This document shows, in pieces, positions 39,413 through 52,747 of a stretch of 64,000 nucleotides of DNA (the first letter of the stretch is position 1; each line of letters opens with the position of its first letter). The stretch is from Sphyrna mokarran. Lineage: Eukaryota. Below the pieces are notes generated by a model, which saw only the letters and a list, made by a program, of their open reading frames with translations, searched no databases and was not told the DNA's origin. Position numbers and translations under genes: made by a program. The stretch spans positions 13,516,001-13,580,000 of the forward strand of contig JAGIQG010000010.1 of assembly GCA_024679065.1 (NCBI GenBank), in the 5' to 3' direction.

Positions 39413-40435
39413 AAACTTGTATCAAACCTGTCACAGCTCAAAAAAAATTATTCACACACTTTAATTTGTGAGCCTTTTGTGAAGGTAGCCAATTCCTCTG
39501 CACAGAATGGGGATTCCCCACCACCATAAGTGAAGCAATATAGAACTCAACCCCTGTACGTCTACAATGCTGCAGTTTGTGGTCTCAGAGTGGGTGTAGG
39601 GCTGCTCATCTTCCAGGGAGCCTCCCGGAATTAAAGATTAACCTTCTGGAAATGCTGCAAGCAGGCGAGGAGAAGAAGAATTGAAAGGGTGTTAATGAAA
39701 TGGCTTTGTTTTCACTAGCTGGACAGTCGGAGGTGGGAGTTCATGTGAAGAAATCGCCAGGATTAGAAGCAAGCAGACTTTAGCAGCATTGGGAAGGTGT
39801 CTGGGAAGGATTATGGTGCATGGGGTTCAGTCAAATCCAATTACCCTTTAGAAATGGCTCACAAATTCCAAAAGATTTTGTTATAGAAAGAGCAAGGAGA
39901 GCGTAATAAACCCCGAGATATCCTTCACCGGCTCCCCGTGCCACTGCCTAATCCAATGATAGGTTGCGCAAATATTGTCTCAGCAGCAGATTTAAAGTTG
40001 ACTGATCCCCTATTGTAGATTTAGTGCATTGTGTAAGGGAGATACTCAATGACGCTTTTTTTAAGTATGTCACATTGATAAGCAGAGGGGGCAAAGGGTT
40101 TGGCAATGTGTCGCAATGCAGACAAACTTCTACTCAAGCACTGTGCAAAAGCTGCATGAAGATTGGGGAGGGAAATTTATGGTTCCTAAAAAGATTGCCA
40201 AAGAGAAACACGCATATTCATGTAAAGTAGCAGTCGGAAACAGATGTTGGTATTACGTTAAACATTATACATTAAACATTATACATTCCCTGAATGTACA
40301 TGACAATGTTTTAAAGACAAATGAAAGCACGATAGGAAACATTTTCTTAACATGCTGCAACTGAAGACCTCACAGTGAAAGTGGAAATGTTTAACCAATA
40401 TATCCATTATCTTCATTTAATTCATGGAAGATAAA

Positions 40436-40990
40436 TCATAGAATCCCTACAGTGCAAAAGAAGGCCATTCGGCCCATTGAACCTGCATTGACAACAATCC
40501 CACCCAGACCCTATCCCTATAATGCTATGTATTTCAGTAGAACCATAGGACCCTATATTGCAGAAGGAGGCCATTTGGTCTATTGGGTCAGCACCAAGCA
40601 CAATCTCACCCAGATCCTTTCCCAATAATCCCATGTATTTATCCTAGCTAGCCCCTTCACACTAAGGCCCTGATTTTACCGGCACACCTGTCCCAATTTC
40701 GGACCGGACAAAGCTCACAGAACAGCATTCTCCGCTAGCCCAGGCACAATCCTTCAAGCCATAGGTGGGAGTGCCGGGAAAATTCCAGCCAAAGGGACAA
40801 TTTAACATGGCCAATCAACCAAACCGCACATCTTTGCACTGCGAGAGGAAACTGGCGCACCCAGAGCAAACCCACGCAGACATGGGGAGAATGTACAAAC
40901 TCCACACACACAGTCACCTGAAGCCAAAATTGAAGCCAGGTCCCTGGCTCTGTGAGGCAGGAATGCTAGCCACTGTGTCAGCGTGCCATC
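40436..40990 (-). mobile_element. HE1-like V-SINE with duplicated tail and a nested Harbinger-type MITE (40666-40790)
   Basis: CACTAA|MITE|AAAGGGACAATTT. Confidence 0.8.
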
Positions 40991-41329
40991 CTCATCAGTT
41001 TGACAATGTAGAAAGAATCCAGTTTGTTCAAACTGGGCCACCAGTTATCGTAATGTAAAAAAATACACAGTACAACAGTGTGTTTCACCACTTAATGTTA
41101 CTGTTACTTACAATCAGTGAACAGTAAATCTGGTCATACTTGAATAGGGCACGTACATAAGGTATCATTACTGCATCAGCTTTAACTCCATGTTCCTTCC
41201 TTTTACAGTACAGCACAGGAAACAGGCCCTTTGGCCCTTTTATCCAGTATAGAACTGTAAAACATGGTGAATGGAAAGTGGTGAATGGAAAGTCGCATGA
41301 GTTAAGCTATTTTAATGTTAAGATGACGT

Positions 41330-41735
41330 AATCCATCAAATACACCTTATCAATTTGGTATTTGCATCATTGATAGGGCAATATTGAATCATGAGAGGAC
41401 CGGACAAAGTAGATAGAACCACACTGTATCCACTTACAAAAGCATCGAGAACGAGAGGGCACAGGCTTAAGTAACTTGTAAAAGAAGGAGAAGAGATGGA
41501 AGGGAAAACCTTCCATGCATCAAGTGGGTAAGACCTGGAATGCATTGCCTGACTGTGGTAGAAATAGGGTAAACTCACAAGGTTTATAGATTGTTGTTTG
41601 AAATTTATCAATATACAGGGTAAAAGGGAGAAGATAGCAAAAAGGAACTAAGTAAATTGGTTATGCAGAATGCCAGTGCAGATACAATGGGCTGAATGGC
41701 ATCCTTCTGAGCTATATAAATTCTGTGCTTCTGTA
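41330..41735 (+). mobile_element. Old CR1 3' fragment
   Basis: GAGAACGAGAGGGCACAGG...TGGAATGCATTGCCTG...GGGCTGAATGGC. Confidence 0.6.
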
Positions 41736-41744
41736 ATATATCAG

Positions 41745-41875
41745 ACTGTCTATCCATCTATTCATTCATCGTTTAGCTGATCTGCCTATCTGTCTGTCTG
41801 TCAGTCTATCTATATACCTATCTATTTACCTATCTATCTTTATATCTGTCTGTCTATCCATCCATCTATCTATAT
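41745..41875. repeat. (TATC)/(TGTC)/(TCCA) tetranucleotide microsatellite
   Basis: Directly visible. Confidence 0.85.
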
Positions 41876-42637
41876 TATGTAATATATGCTATTATGAACA
41901 GTGTAACTTTTTAAAGCTGAAAATATACATATTTGTGCATTAAAAAAGTTAAACTGGTTTTGATTTCACTTGAAATGTTTGTGAGTCTTTGTGTCTGGGA
42001 TTCTGGATAGATTCTTAACTAAAGGACTGAGCGTTCAGGTTTGTTTGTAATATACATTTTTCATGAGGTTTTATGACCTCTGAAGTTATAGAGACGTGTT
42101 TAAAAGTTTAGGAATTCTGAGGAGAAAAATACAAAGTAGATAAAAATTTCCACTTATCTGATGACAGTCGCCCAAGGCTGGACTGGGCAAAGTAGAGCAC
42201 AGAGTTCAGTGTGTCTTCGAGAGTGTAGGCGGGTATTTAGAGCTCTCTAAGAAGAAAGCATTTCAAAGGCTATTGGGATAGTAGTTCACTGAATATTCAA
42301 TTATAGGACTCAGTAAACAGTTTAGTAGAAGTTCTGCTGGAAGATTGAGTTTAGGGTGCATTTGGTGGGTGTCTCGGGGAGAGATACGAGTTGGGTAAAA
42401 AGCATCAAGCAAATACTCAGAAATTCACCAGAAGAAAATCGTCAACAACCGCGCCATTTGCAAGCAAGAAGCCTTTATGTGTCAAGCTGGTGGTAACTCT
42501 TCACTGATTTATCTGTTTGTAAATTTATTGCTGGAGGTTTGAGGAATAGTCTAAACTTGAAGTGGCTGTTTGAATTGAGATCTGTCCAACCATTTTGTAT
42601 GTGGAATATAATTCATTTTGATTGTTTTCATTAATAT

Positions 42638-44160
42638 TGGGATTCTTCCAGCCTGCTGCGCTGCACTTTTAGTACAGCAGGCCAGGAGATTCTAGAGGCG
42701 ACCAAATTGCGCAATTTGTGTTGGGCATCCGGGTTTGAGCACATCTCCCCGTGCCGGATTTCCGATGCCGTCAACTCCGCACCGACTTCTGGCACAGAAC
42801 TGCATTCTGTATATTCAGCCAATTTTCAAGATAACTTAAATATTATTAGTGGGCCCAGAACTAAAATCTCTGGGCCTGCTAGCCTCTCCACCCCTCCAGC
42901 TCCCACCAGGAGTATTTCACACCAGCAAGTTTTACTATAGCTCCTTACTGATGGGGAACAGGTGGCCCGGCCCTGCTGAAGTGAAGTGGGACAGGGGGAG
43001 GGGGCAATTGCGGACCTCCCCCACTGTGTTGGGCACTGGAAGGGTGCCCACTAGGCATTGCCACCTTGGCAGTGCTAGCCTGGACCATCTGACATTGCCC
43101 TATGGGCAAAGTGTGTGTCTGAAGACAGTACACATCTCTTCAACCTGTGCTCAGTGCTCCTTCCACTCACATTGTTAGCCACTTTAAGACTTGAATAGCA
43201 GGTTAGGTGTAAAGATTCGCATTCTAATCAGTAATCTGTAAACAGTCTGTGCTGGTATGTGTGCTGTTGGAGGCCAGAACACCTCATTCACCTGACGAAG
43301 GCCATAGAGTCGAAAGCTTGCGAGTTTACTATCAAATAAATCGGTTGGATTTAAACCTGGTGTTGCCAAACTTCTTACTGTGTTTACCCCAGTCCAACGC
43401 CGGCATCTCTACATCACAAAGTGCCAATGCCCAGGGGGCATCGTGGCACTGCCTACCAGGTATGGGGCTATGCCAATGGGACGGGGCTGAATTGAGGACA
43501 GATTAGAGAGCATGGGGGTGGCAGGGCCTGCAGGGGTATGATCTGTGGGGGTGAGAGGGGGGTTCCACTGCCAATCTGTAGTAGAGTTCGGCAGAGGAGG
43601 AGGGAAGGAGGCCAGCGATAGGGCTGACTATTGGGATGACAGGGTGGTAGCCTGCAGGAGGGGTTGGGGCACTGTTGAGGAGTGGGATTGGGACTGTCAG
43701 TGGGGATGGGGGAAACAAGGGAAGGAGGATCAGGGGATGATGAGGGCGCGAGTTCAAAGCAGGCCTGGATGGAGGGAGGTCAGGGCTGCCCCAGTCCGGG
43801 AGACGGGCAATCAGGCTATCAGGAGGCTAAGAGGGTCAGCGTTGAGGGGATTGTGGGGCTGGCCAGTGATTGAGCTTGCCAGCAATCTGGGCATCCGGCA
43901 CACAGCGACAACCGTGCATGCACTGATCTCAGCGCTGACAGATCCCAAATGGGCAGTGGCAAGTTCAGTGCTATGCTTCCGGCCTCTTGGGTGGGAAAAT
44001 GCCCTCCACCCTGATTCCTGGAGTGATTCACACTAATGCACGCTGCAGTGCACAGAGTATAGGAGATCCATTTTGAAACCCCCACCAAGAAAAACAGCAT
44101 GATTTATTCCAGTTTTTATGCAAATTCAACATGTAGAATTTTTTTGGATGGATCTCCCTC
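42638..44160. mobile_element. GC-rich non-autonomous DNA transposon (Harbinger-like) hosting a PLE-end insertion
   Basis: GC-rich block with imperfect inverted ends GGGATTCTTCCA / TGGATGGATCTCCC. Confidence 0.5.
43114..43416 (+). mobile_element. Non-coding Penelope-like 3' end (pLTR) copy with a hammerhead-like core
   Basis: Homologous to ~56600-56870; CTGACGA-AGGC(CATAGA)GTC-GAAAGCTTG at 43292-43320; TSD CAAAGTG at 43107-43113 and 43417-43423. Confidence 0.8.
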
Positions 44161-44534
44161 ATTTTATTCTGCATACTAAAAGTTCATCAGCGTTCTCCTG
44201 TGAATTTGTTCAGTAACTTTCCCCCACAATTTCTAAAGAAAATGTTAGGATCTAGCAAGTCAGATTTCACTTTGACATCTAACTTGTCCAACATTAACAC
44301 CAAGTGCGATTTTAATAATAATGATGTTATACTGATAAATCCTTCTATTCTGTTAAATATCAAATATAATCTATTCATTTTGAACAGCATGCAGTATCAA
44401 TACATTTAGTCTGCCATATGAACCATCAACTTTGATTTTCAAAATTTCTAAACAATTCCAATCACATCCTCTTTTTGCAGTAATAGAAAAATGCAAATAC
44501 ATGCAAGTGATAAACAAATTACATAAAAGAACAT

Positions 44535-44788
44535 TAAAGTTTATTTATTAGACACAAGCAAGGCTTACATTAACACTGCAATGAAGTTTCTGTGGAATTC
44601 CCCTGGCCGCCACACTCTGGCCTGTTCAGGTGAATGCATCTAACCAGCACATTTTTCAGACTGTGGGAGGAAACCCACCCAGACACAAGGAGAATGTGCA
44701 GACTCTGCACAGACAGTGACCCAAGCTGGGAATTGAACCCAGATCCCTGGTGCTGTGAGGCAGCAGTGCTAACCACTGTGCCACCCCA
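44535..44788 (-). mobile_element. HE1-head SINE, alternative tail
   Basis: AAAGTTTATTTATTAG..GGCTTACATTAACACTGCAATG. Confidence 0.85.
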
Positions 44789-46034
44789 TCATTATTAAAA
44801 ACAGCATTACGCTATCATAAGAAAAAGCTCCTGATGTTATGGAATAAATTTAAGATGGAGATTCAACTTCCAATGTTGAGTACTGGAACAAAAGTGCTCA
44901 AGCTTTGTCTAGTGGTTTATGATTTTATCTCATCTTCTTGATCAAATCACTGGTTTGAAACATGGCTGATACGAATGAGCATGTTAATCAATCGTGAAAC
45001 ATTCTTGCTATTCTTGCCAACCTACACTCGTCATGGTCAGTTTAGCACTTAGGCTTCCTGTTGCTTTTGAAATACATGCAATCAGAACATACATGATGCA
45101 TATCATGTGTAGCACTACATGGAAAATTTTTGAGAAAAACAGAACTCTGTACATATGTATGTGCGTGTGGCCCATGTATGTTGGCTGCAATCACTATCTC
45201 CAGTGCTGGCTGACAATTTACTGGTCTAAGGGGCGGTTATAAAGTTAACCTACTGCACACTAAGGCAGAATGAGGTCTTTACACATGCATTCTAGGATCT
45301 TAGTTCACAGCTCTGGCAGACTTACCTCACTCTTAGACCATGATCATAAGTTGCTCAAACAAAACCAAATGTGATTTGGCTACTGTACATTGTTTTTTCC
45401 TACGGTTGACGCATTCATAGCCACATCTAGCATGACAAAACTTAACTCACTGACAAGTGACTCATGCCCAATGCTTCCAAAACTACTTTTTATTTACTAT
45501 ATATGTTCTGACTTAATTGAGTATAACTGGGGAGAAGAGATACTTCGTAATATTTTACTGAGTAATATTTCCCACATAGTCAATGCAAATTACAAAAATA
45601 AAATATCACAGTGGCTTTCAAGTCCCTCAGAGCTGAATGGAACTTTAGCAGTTTACTTCTTAGCTTATTATTTTCTGTAGACTATACAAGTTTAGGAAAG
45701 CACTGTTTTTATTTAGTTGAGAATAGGTCTTTTTTTTCCTGGCAATCAGTAATGGTTACATGGTTATCTCAATTTCAGATATTTTTTACTGAATTCAAAT
45801 TCTGCCATCTATCATGGCGGGATTCAAAAACAGCCCCCAGAACATTAACTGAGTTTCTGGATTAATAGTCTAGTGATAATATTGCTAGCCGTCGCTTCCC
45901 CTTATTGGATAATTGCCGATCATAATTTATTTAATAGTTTCGTGCAATGAATCATCAAATTTCAGATCTTTATACAATGAAACTAGGCCCACAGTTCGCT
46001 ATGGAATGGCATTCTAATTGTTGCATTAAAAATA

Positions 46035-46760
46035 CCCTGTGTGTCAGCTGTGGCTCAGCTGATCACACTCTTGTCCCTAAACTCCACTCCTGCGTGAAAG
46101 CTGAAAAATTACAGTTGACACTCCAGTGCAGCACTGATGGAGTGCTACATTTTGTTCATCCTCCAGATGAAATGTTAAACTAAGTCCCTGTCTGCATGCA
46201 TCTGTGGATGGCATAGTGACACAGTGGGGTTAGGACTGCTGCCTTACAGTGCCAGGGACCTGGATTTGATTCCCGGCTTGGGTCACTGTCTGTGCAGAGT
46301 TGGCATGTTCTCTGTGTGTCTGCGTGAGTTTCATCCGGCTGCTCTGATTTCTTCCTACAGACTTGCTGGCCATGCTAAATTCTCCCTCAGTGCCTCTGAA
46401 CAGGCACCAGACTGTGGCAAATAGGGGATTTTCATAGTAAATTCATTGCAGTGTTAACATAAGCCTACTTGTGACATTAATAAATAAATTTTCGGCTTGG
46501 GTGTATGTTAATGATCCTATGGCCCTATTCTGAAAGAATAAAGGGAGAATTATCCCTAATGTCCAGGCCAATATTTATCCATTAGTGACCATCTGTTGTC
46601 TGTTCGCTACCACAGTGCTCTTCATCGGAACTTGCTGTGTGTGAATCGGCTGCCGCTTTCCGACAGTACAACAGTGACTACGCTTCAAAAAATACTTTCC
46701 TGGCTGTGAAGTGCTTTGAGGTGTCCAGTTGTTACGAAAGATGTCTTTCAAAAGCAAGTC
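46035..46760 (+). mobile_element. Deu-domain SINE (SacSINE1/AmnSINE-like) interrupted by a younger SINE (46205-46490)
   Basis: TCAGCTGTGGCTCAG head, CACTCCAGTGCAGCACTGA, GTCCAGGCCAATATTTATCC, and CR1/L2-like tail CTTCAAAAAATACTT..GGCTGTGAAGTGCTTTG; other copies at ~19000-19480 and 59900-60080. Confidence 0.65.
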
Positions 46761-47019
46761 CTTTTTTTCTATTGAAAGCTACATTATCTTTTTACAATCA
46801 GCTCATTTATCAGGTTCCTGCCTTCTTCATACAAGGAAACAAGCAGCCAGCATCTCCGCCTGTACAGCTGCTGGGTGATAGTGAAGCCAAGACTGAAATA
46901 AAGCCAAGACTAAAGTGACTAAAGTAAAATTCAGTCAGAATTTCAAGTGGTTGCCTTTTTGAAAAGAAGAGTTTCATCATTGTTGAACAGGAGTCAATTT
47001 GGGTAGATAGTGATTATGG

Positions 47020-48490
47020 AGCACTTATTGATCTCTCCTTCCAATTTTTTTCCATGCCCTCTCCAAGCTCATCTCACCACAAGAATTCCCTCATTTTCAT
47101 TTAACTCTTCACCACCTCACTTCCCTCCAGGGCATTACAATAGCTGGCATTAGAGATAGTTCGCTTTCCTTGGACGCTGTCTCCCTCCTCATCAAATGCA
47201 TGATCAAACTCACCTCAAAGAGGTTGACTTTCTACACTTTTGCCCAATAAAACTATTATCCCACCTCCAAGATTTCTTTATTCTCCAGAGTCTTGAATAT
47301 ATTTTTACCAACCAGATCTGTGTCCATCTCCCCTATAGTTCTCTGTTTGAACTCCTCTATTTAGCTTTCTACCACTGACACAACACCAAAATGGTCATAA
47401 CCAGGTTGCAAACAATATAATCTGTGCCTATGTCTCGGATATGATGAAGTATTAATCCTCCTTGTCCTCTTTGAGTCCACTGCAACATTTAACAACGTTA
47501 TTGTCCATCACATTCTCCAAACATCTCCTTTGTTGTCCAACTCGGTGAGATTGATTCTGTCCTTCTTCCTGAACAAGAGTCCTACAAGGTCAGCTTCCAC
47601 TTAATCTTCATCTGAAATTTCACAAGACCACACATTCTATCTCCCCACTTTTCCCCAATATCCCTCATGCCGATTTCAGCCTTTTGTAGAGATCTCTTTC
47701 CTTGCATTTGTCACCTCCAGTTTTCAGTATTGCCCTTATTGACAAAGTAGCATGGTGACATAGTGGTTAGCATTGCTGCCTCACAGTGCCAGGGACCTGT
47801 GTTCAATTCTGGCCTCGGATGACTGTGTGACACCTGCACATTTTCCCTGTGTCTGCGAGGATTTTCTCCAGGTGCTCCAGTTTCCTCCCACAGATGTGCA
47901 AGTTAAATGGATTGACCATGCTAAATTGCCCCTTACTGTCAGGGGTATTAGCAGTGTAAATAAATGGTGTTACAGGGATTGGGCCTGAGTGGAATTGTTG
48001 TTGGTGCAGATTTGATGGCCCAAATGATCTCTTTCTGCACTGTAGGTATTCTATGATTCTAAGCTTCCAGTATATCCAAAGCTTTGTTGCCTCTATTTAA
48101 TTCTCCAGCAAGTTCACTTGTCCAGCATCACAGCCCTCCCTGAATTATACTGACTCCTGAGCCCCATAACAAATTAGACCTAAAATTCTCATTCTTAATT
48201 TTAAATCCCACCACAAGCTTGGTCCTTTCTATCTCTCTAACCTCCTGCTATGTTACAAACTTCGCCAAAAAACTGTCGTTTATTCTGATTATGCACCATT
48301 CTTTGAAATTCTCTTCATTTACCTATTAACTTCTTCATCCTTTTCTGTTCCCTTAAGAGCTCATTGAAACCAAACTTATTCACTAAACTTGTGTTTCTCT
48401 TTTCAAACCTCTCTTTCTGAGACTTGGCATTCTTTATAAATGCATCTGTGAAGTGTTTTCCGTGTTCTCCATGTTAAAGGTATAGATCAA
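47020..48490 (+). mobile_element. Highly decayed L2 LINE fragment with a nested SINE
   Basis: Pyrimidine-rich; CATTTGTCACCTCCAG (FVTS) and TTTTAAATCCC..CAAGCTTG motifs. Confidence 0.5.
47745..48062 (+). mobile_element. HE1-like V-SINE
   Basis: Head, core and tail motifs. Confidence 0.85.
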
Positions 48491-48627
48491 TAAATATTGA
48501 CTAGGGTGATGTATTTTGCTGCTTTTAAGATTTTTCATCCAGAAGTGACCGATAATGTTATTGATATGTAAAACCATTTGAAAGTAAACATCAACAAATT
48601 AGGTGGTGGCAGGGAAAGAGAGAGAAC

Positions 48628-48940
48628 TTTGATTTGATTTATTGTTGTCACATGTATTAGTATACAGTGAATAGTATTGATCTTGCACACTATACAGGCA
48701 AAGCACATTATTCAAACAGAAGAAAAGGAGAGTGCAGAATGCAGTGTTACAGTCATAGCTAGAGTGTCGAGAAAGATCAACTTAATGCAAGGTAGGTCCA
48801 TTCAAAAGACTAATGATAGTAAGGAGAAGCTGTAGTTGAGTTGGTTGGCATGTGTCCTCAGACTTTTGTATCTTTTTCCTGACGGAAGAGGGTGGAAGAG
48901 AGTATGTCCCCAGTGCATAGGGCTCTTAATTATTCCACTG
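48628..48940 (-). mobile_element. Rex1/Babar-like LINE 3' end
   Basis: HWGHTLFHPLPSGKRYKSLRTHANQLNYSF; (TCAAA)n tail; tails also at ~22490-22650, 37230-37610, 60657-60735; + strand copy at ~60250-60570. Confidence 0.75.
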
Positions 48941-49894
48941 CAAGTGTGTTCCAATTGCACTGGCAAGAATTGTATGCGTACATGCTTTGAAACACTTTGC
49001 AAGAAATAGTGGAACTCAATTTGGTCAGTAATTGGTCGATAATTGCTGTAGCTCTTGGGATGGAGTAAAAGTCCCAGAAGAGACAAGAAATACAAATCTA
49101 TATTGATATCATAAAAGAATAGTTAGAAGAACAATAACTAGTAAACTAGTCAGCACTTGCCACTGCAGAAGTGTGGGTAATATGTGAGAATTTCCCACCA
49201 ACTACACAAATGAACTATCATTTTGTAATATGAGAAAATGTTAACTTTTGCATTGGAAAAAAGCTAGAATTTCCTGTTCATTATCATTACATATGCTAAC
49301 TAAGTATAGTACATTTAAAATATTTAATATGTTAATGATGCAAACTACTAATGTGCTGTCATTTCCGACAATATCTAATGCTTAAGATGAAGCACTTTTA
49401 CATCCATGTGAAACATGCATAATACAGTACAAATACATGTCTCATTGTAAAGAACTAGTAGAATGGAAATGTGGAAGCATCTGTCATCATAATTTGTGGT
49501 GAATAAAATCTGATAATGGTTGATAAACTTTGTACAAATTAAGATTAAAGCAGAAATGCTTTTTCATTGCGATTGAGTTGAGAGGCTTGATGTGCATTAT
49601 TCAGTGATAATGAAACAGTGTACGATTCCTTCTGACTCTCTACAGTAATGACCATGCACTTGGAAATGTCCTGATGGATCAACTAGGATTTTCACATTTT
49701 CCATTCAGCTGTTCCAAATAAAAATTTGCACATGTCACAGTAAGATATTTATACTGATTAAATATCTGCTTTACGCATGAAAAAGGGAGGTACGGTAATA
49801 GAAAAATACATTGCACAGGTGTTAAACACATTATACAAAAGAAATACATTTAGAAGGAGCTCCTGTTAAACTAATTCTCAGTCTATCAGCATCT

Positions 49895-50145
49895 GTGGAT
49901 GGCACGGTGGCACACACTGCCTGGCTTGGGTCAAGGGCTGTTTGAGTTTGCACATTCTCCCTGTGTCTCTGTGGTTTTCCTTAGAATGCTCCAGTTTTAT
50001 CCCACAGTCTGAAAGATATATTGGTCCGATGCATTGGCCATGCTAAGTTCTCCCTCAGTGTACCCAAACAGGAGCTGGAATGTGGTGAGTAGGAGATTTC
50101 ATTGCAGTATTAATACGACCCTGCTTGTGACACTAATACTTAAAT
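49895..50145 (+). mobile_element. HE1-head SINE, alternative tail
   Basis: CTTGTGACACTAAT tail. Confidence 0.8.
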
Positions 50146-51499
50146 GTTAAAAGATCAATCATGATTAACATCACTTTTAGGCTTTAGTGCACACTATGTC
50201 TGATTAAAAGTTATATATATCTATCATCTCCTTTGCCACTTGTCATTAATAATACAAAGAGGTTGCTGCATTTTCTAACAAAGAGGAAATTAACACGCAA
50301 ACAAAGGTTGCACGCACAAATCAATATTTCTGGATGAAATTATACAAACACACTGATATGATATTTTTAGCAATAGAACATAAAATGCAGCTGACAACAC
50401 TTGATATAGGACAGCGGTGGACAGTGATTTGAATTTTGCCTATGTGGAAGAACTCTGCAAGTACATATCACAGTGCAGAATAAGATCTTTCAGCCCACTG
50501 TGACTGCACTGGCTCTCAGAGTGAGCAATTCACCACATTGCCCCTGGTTTTCCTATATCAAGTCATTGAGTGGCATCTGCTACTCATTCAACATGTTAAA
50601 CTAACTCAAATTTTGTTCTTGGAAGGCAAATTGCTAAAAGTGAGTTGGAAGCGAGACAACGAACAAAACAGAAAGATATCTGGAGGGGAGAGGTGGGGGG
50701 GGAGCTGAATGAATGGGTCAAGCAATTGTGCATCTCCTGTACCAAACAGATTGTAATATAAACGACAGAAAAGCTTGAAGGAGGTGCAAATCGAACCGGG
50801 TAAACTCAATGTCAGTTCAGTAACGAGAGCAGAAATTAAAAGAGGGAAAGAAAGATTGGATTAAAAGGGAGACAAAAAGGCGGAAAGGTAAAGCAAAAAA
50901 ATCAAATGTTCACATTTTAAAAACCTCAGATGACAATTGAAAACTGATGGACTAAGTCTGGACACTTGTACTAGTTCATTTTAGCTGCCTGAGAAGTTAA
51001 CATGTAATAATTAACACACCACATTAAAAGGATTTGTTTAGCATGGAAGAGGCAACGTAACCTTCTGTGGCTAATTTGGTTTCTGGCTCCTCATAAAAGC
51101 AGAAACTTTACGTTCTTCAATGCCTTTGAGTGGTAAATCGAACAGTGAGGCACCCCTTATGCAAGATTAACAGCAGAGCTACACATCTTTGACAGCAATA
51201 TCCTTCATTACTGCCCACCTGGCCTGGAACACCATCAGCCTTGTCATGAGTTTGACGGCAAAATTTGTTGCATTTTTATATATTTTTTCTAATGAGGAAA
51301 GGGAGCAATGGCTATTAAAAGATTCTTGTATACATCACCCAGCAGACCCAACAACAGAGGTAGTGGCATTTGTTTATATCTGGGACTAGAGTTATTAATC
51401 CATCTAGGTGAAAATCCCAAAGAGGTGAGATGGTTTTCCAGAGAAATCTCACCTTCTCAGTATTACAAGGCGCTTATCAATGCTCCTGTTAAACTATTC

Positions 51500-52262
51500 A
51501 CACAAACAGTTCCAGGGATGAGAAAGTTCAGTTATGAGGATAGGTTGGAGAGGTTAGGACTATTCTTCTTGGAGGGAAGAAGACGAAGAGGAGATTTGAT
51601 AGAGATGTTCAAAATCATGAGAGGGGAATGGGCAGAGTAGATAGGGACAAACTATTCCTGCTTGGATTAGGACAATACAGTGGCACAGCAGTTGGCACTG
51701 GTGCCTCACAGCAACATGGGCCCAGGTTCAATTCCTGGCTTGGGTCTCTGTGTGGAGTCTGAACATTCTTCACGTGTCTGCATGGGTTTCCTCCTTGTGC
51801 TCTGGTTTCCTCCCACAGTCCAAAAGACATGCTGGTTATGTGCACTGGCTGTGCTAAATTCTCTCTCGGTATACCTGAACAGGCACCCCAGTGTGGCAAC
51901 TAGGGGATTTTCACAGTAACTTGATTGCAGTGTTAATGTAAGACTACTTGTGACACTGATAAATAAACTTTAAGGATCAAGTCTGAGAGCACACAAATTT
52001 AAAATGATGTGCAAAAGAAGCAAATATGAGAAAAAAGATGTTTCACATAGCCAGTGGTTAGGGTTTTGGGATGTGCTGCCTGGAAGTGTGGTGGAGGCAG
52101 ATTCGATGGAAACACTCAAGAGGACATTAGATGATTACTTGAACAGAAATAATGTGCAGGAGTGGGGGGGGGAGATAGAGGAGTGGCACTAAATCATAAT
52201 GCTGGTTTGGTGAGCCAGTGCAGACATGTTGGGCCGAATGGCCACCGTAACAATTCTGTGAT
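51500..52262 (+). mobile_element. CR1 3' fragment interrupted by a SINE (51672-51972)
   Basis: VPGMRKFSYEDRLERLGLFFLEGRRRRGDLIEMFKIMRG. Confidence 0.8.
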
Positions 52263-52747
52263 TTTTAACTTACTGAGGATAATGTTGAGAGCTCCGTGCA
52301 CATCCCAACTGGGTTGGCAGATCGAGTCAAGTTGCAGCTGAGAGAACAGTTTTGTATTTAGAGTCTAGTAGTTCACTGCCCGGGTTTGGCGTGGGGGGTG
52401 GGGGGGGGGGGGGTCGGGGTTGGGCGGTGACACGAACGGATTTGATCTCAAAAGCTGGAACTGTGTTGGAAATGTAAAGACACATCCCCAATATCTTCTC
52501 GCGACGAGAATCTCCCCCCCCCCACCACCACCTCCCTGCAACTGTAGAGAAAAAATAAGCATTCAGACTTTGCAGAGGGTAACAGTGGAAGCAGGAATTG
52601 CTTTGCAAAGTGATTGAAAAGTTTTAGGTATAGAGTTTATTGATAAATAATAACTCCAGTGGCATTGTGGCTATCTCTGTGTCTTCCTGATGCCCCCCCT
52701 ACAAGGGGTGAGAAGCCCCCCCCCCCCATTTTGCCCGTGTACCTTAC

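Noticed and set aside
43545-44036. 163-aa Gly/Trp-rich ORF
   Set aside because: G-rich interior of a non-autonomous DNA transposon; no domain similarity recognised
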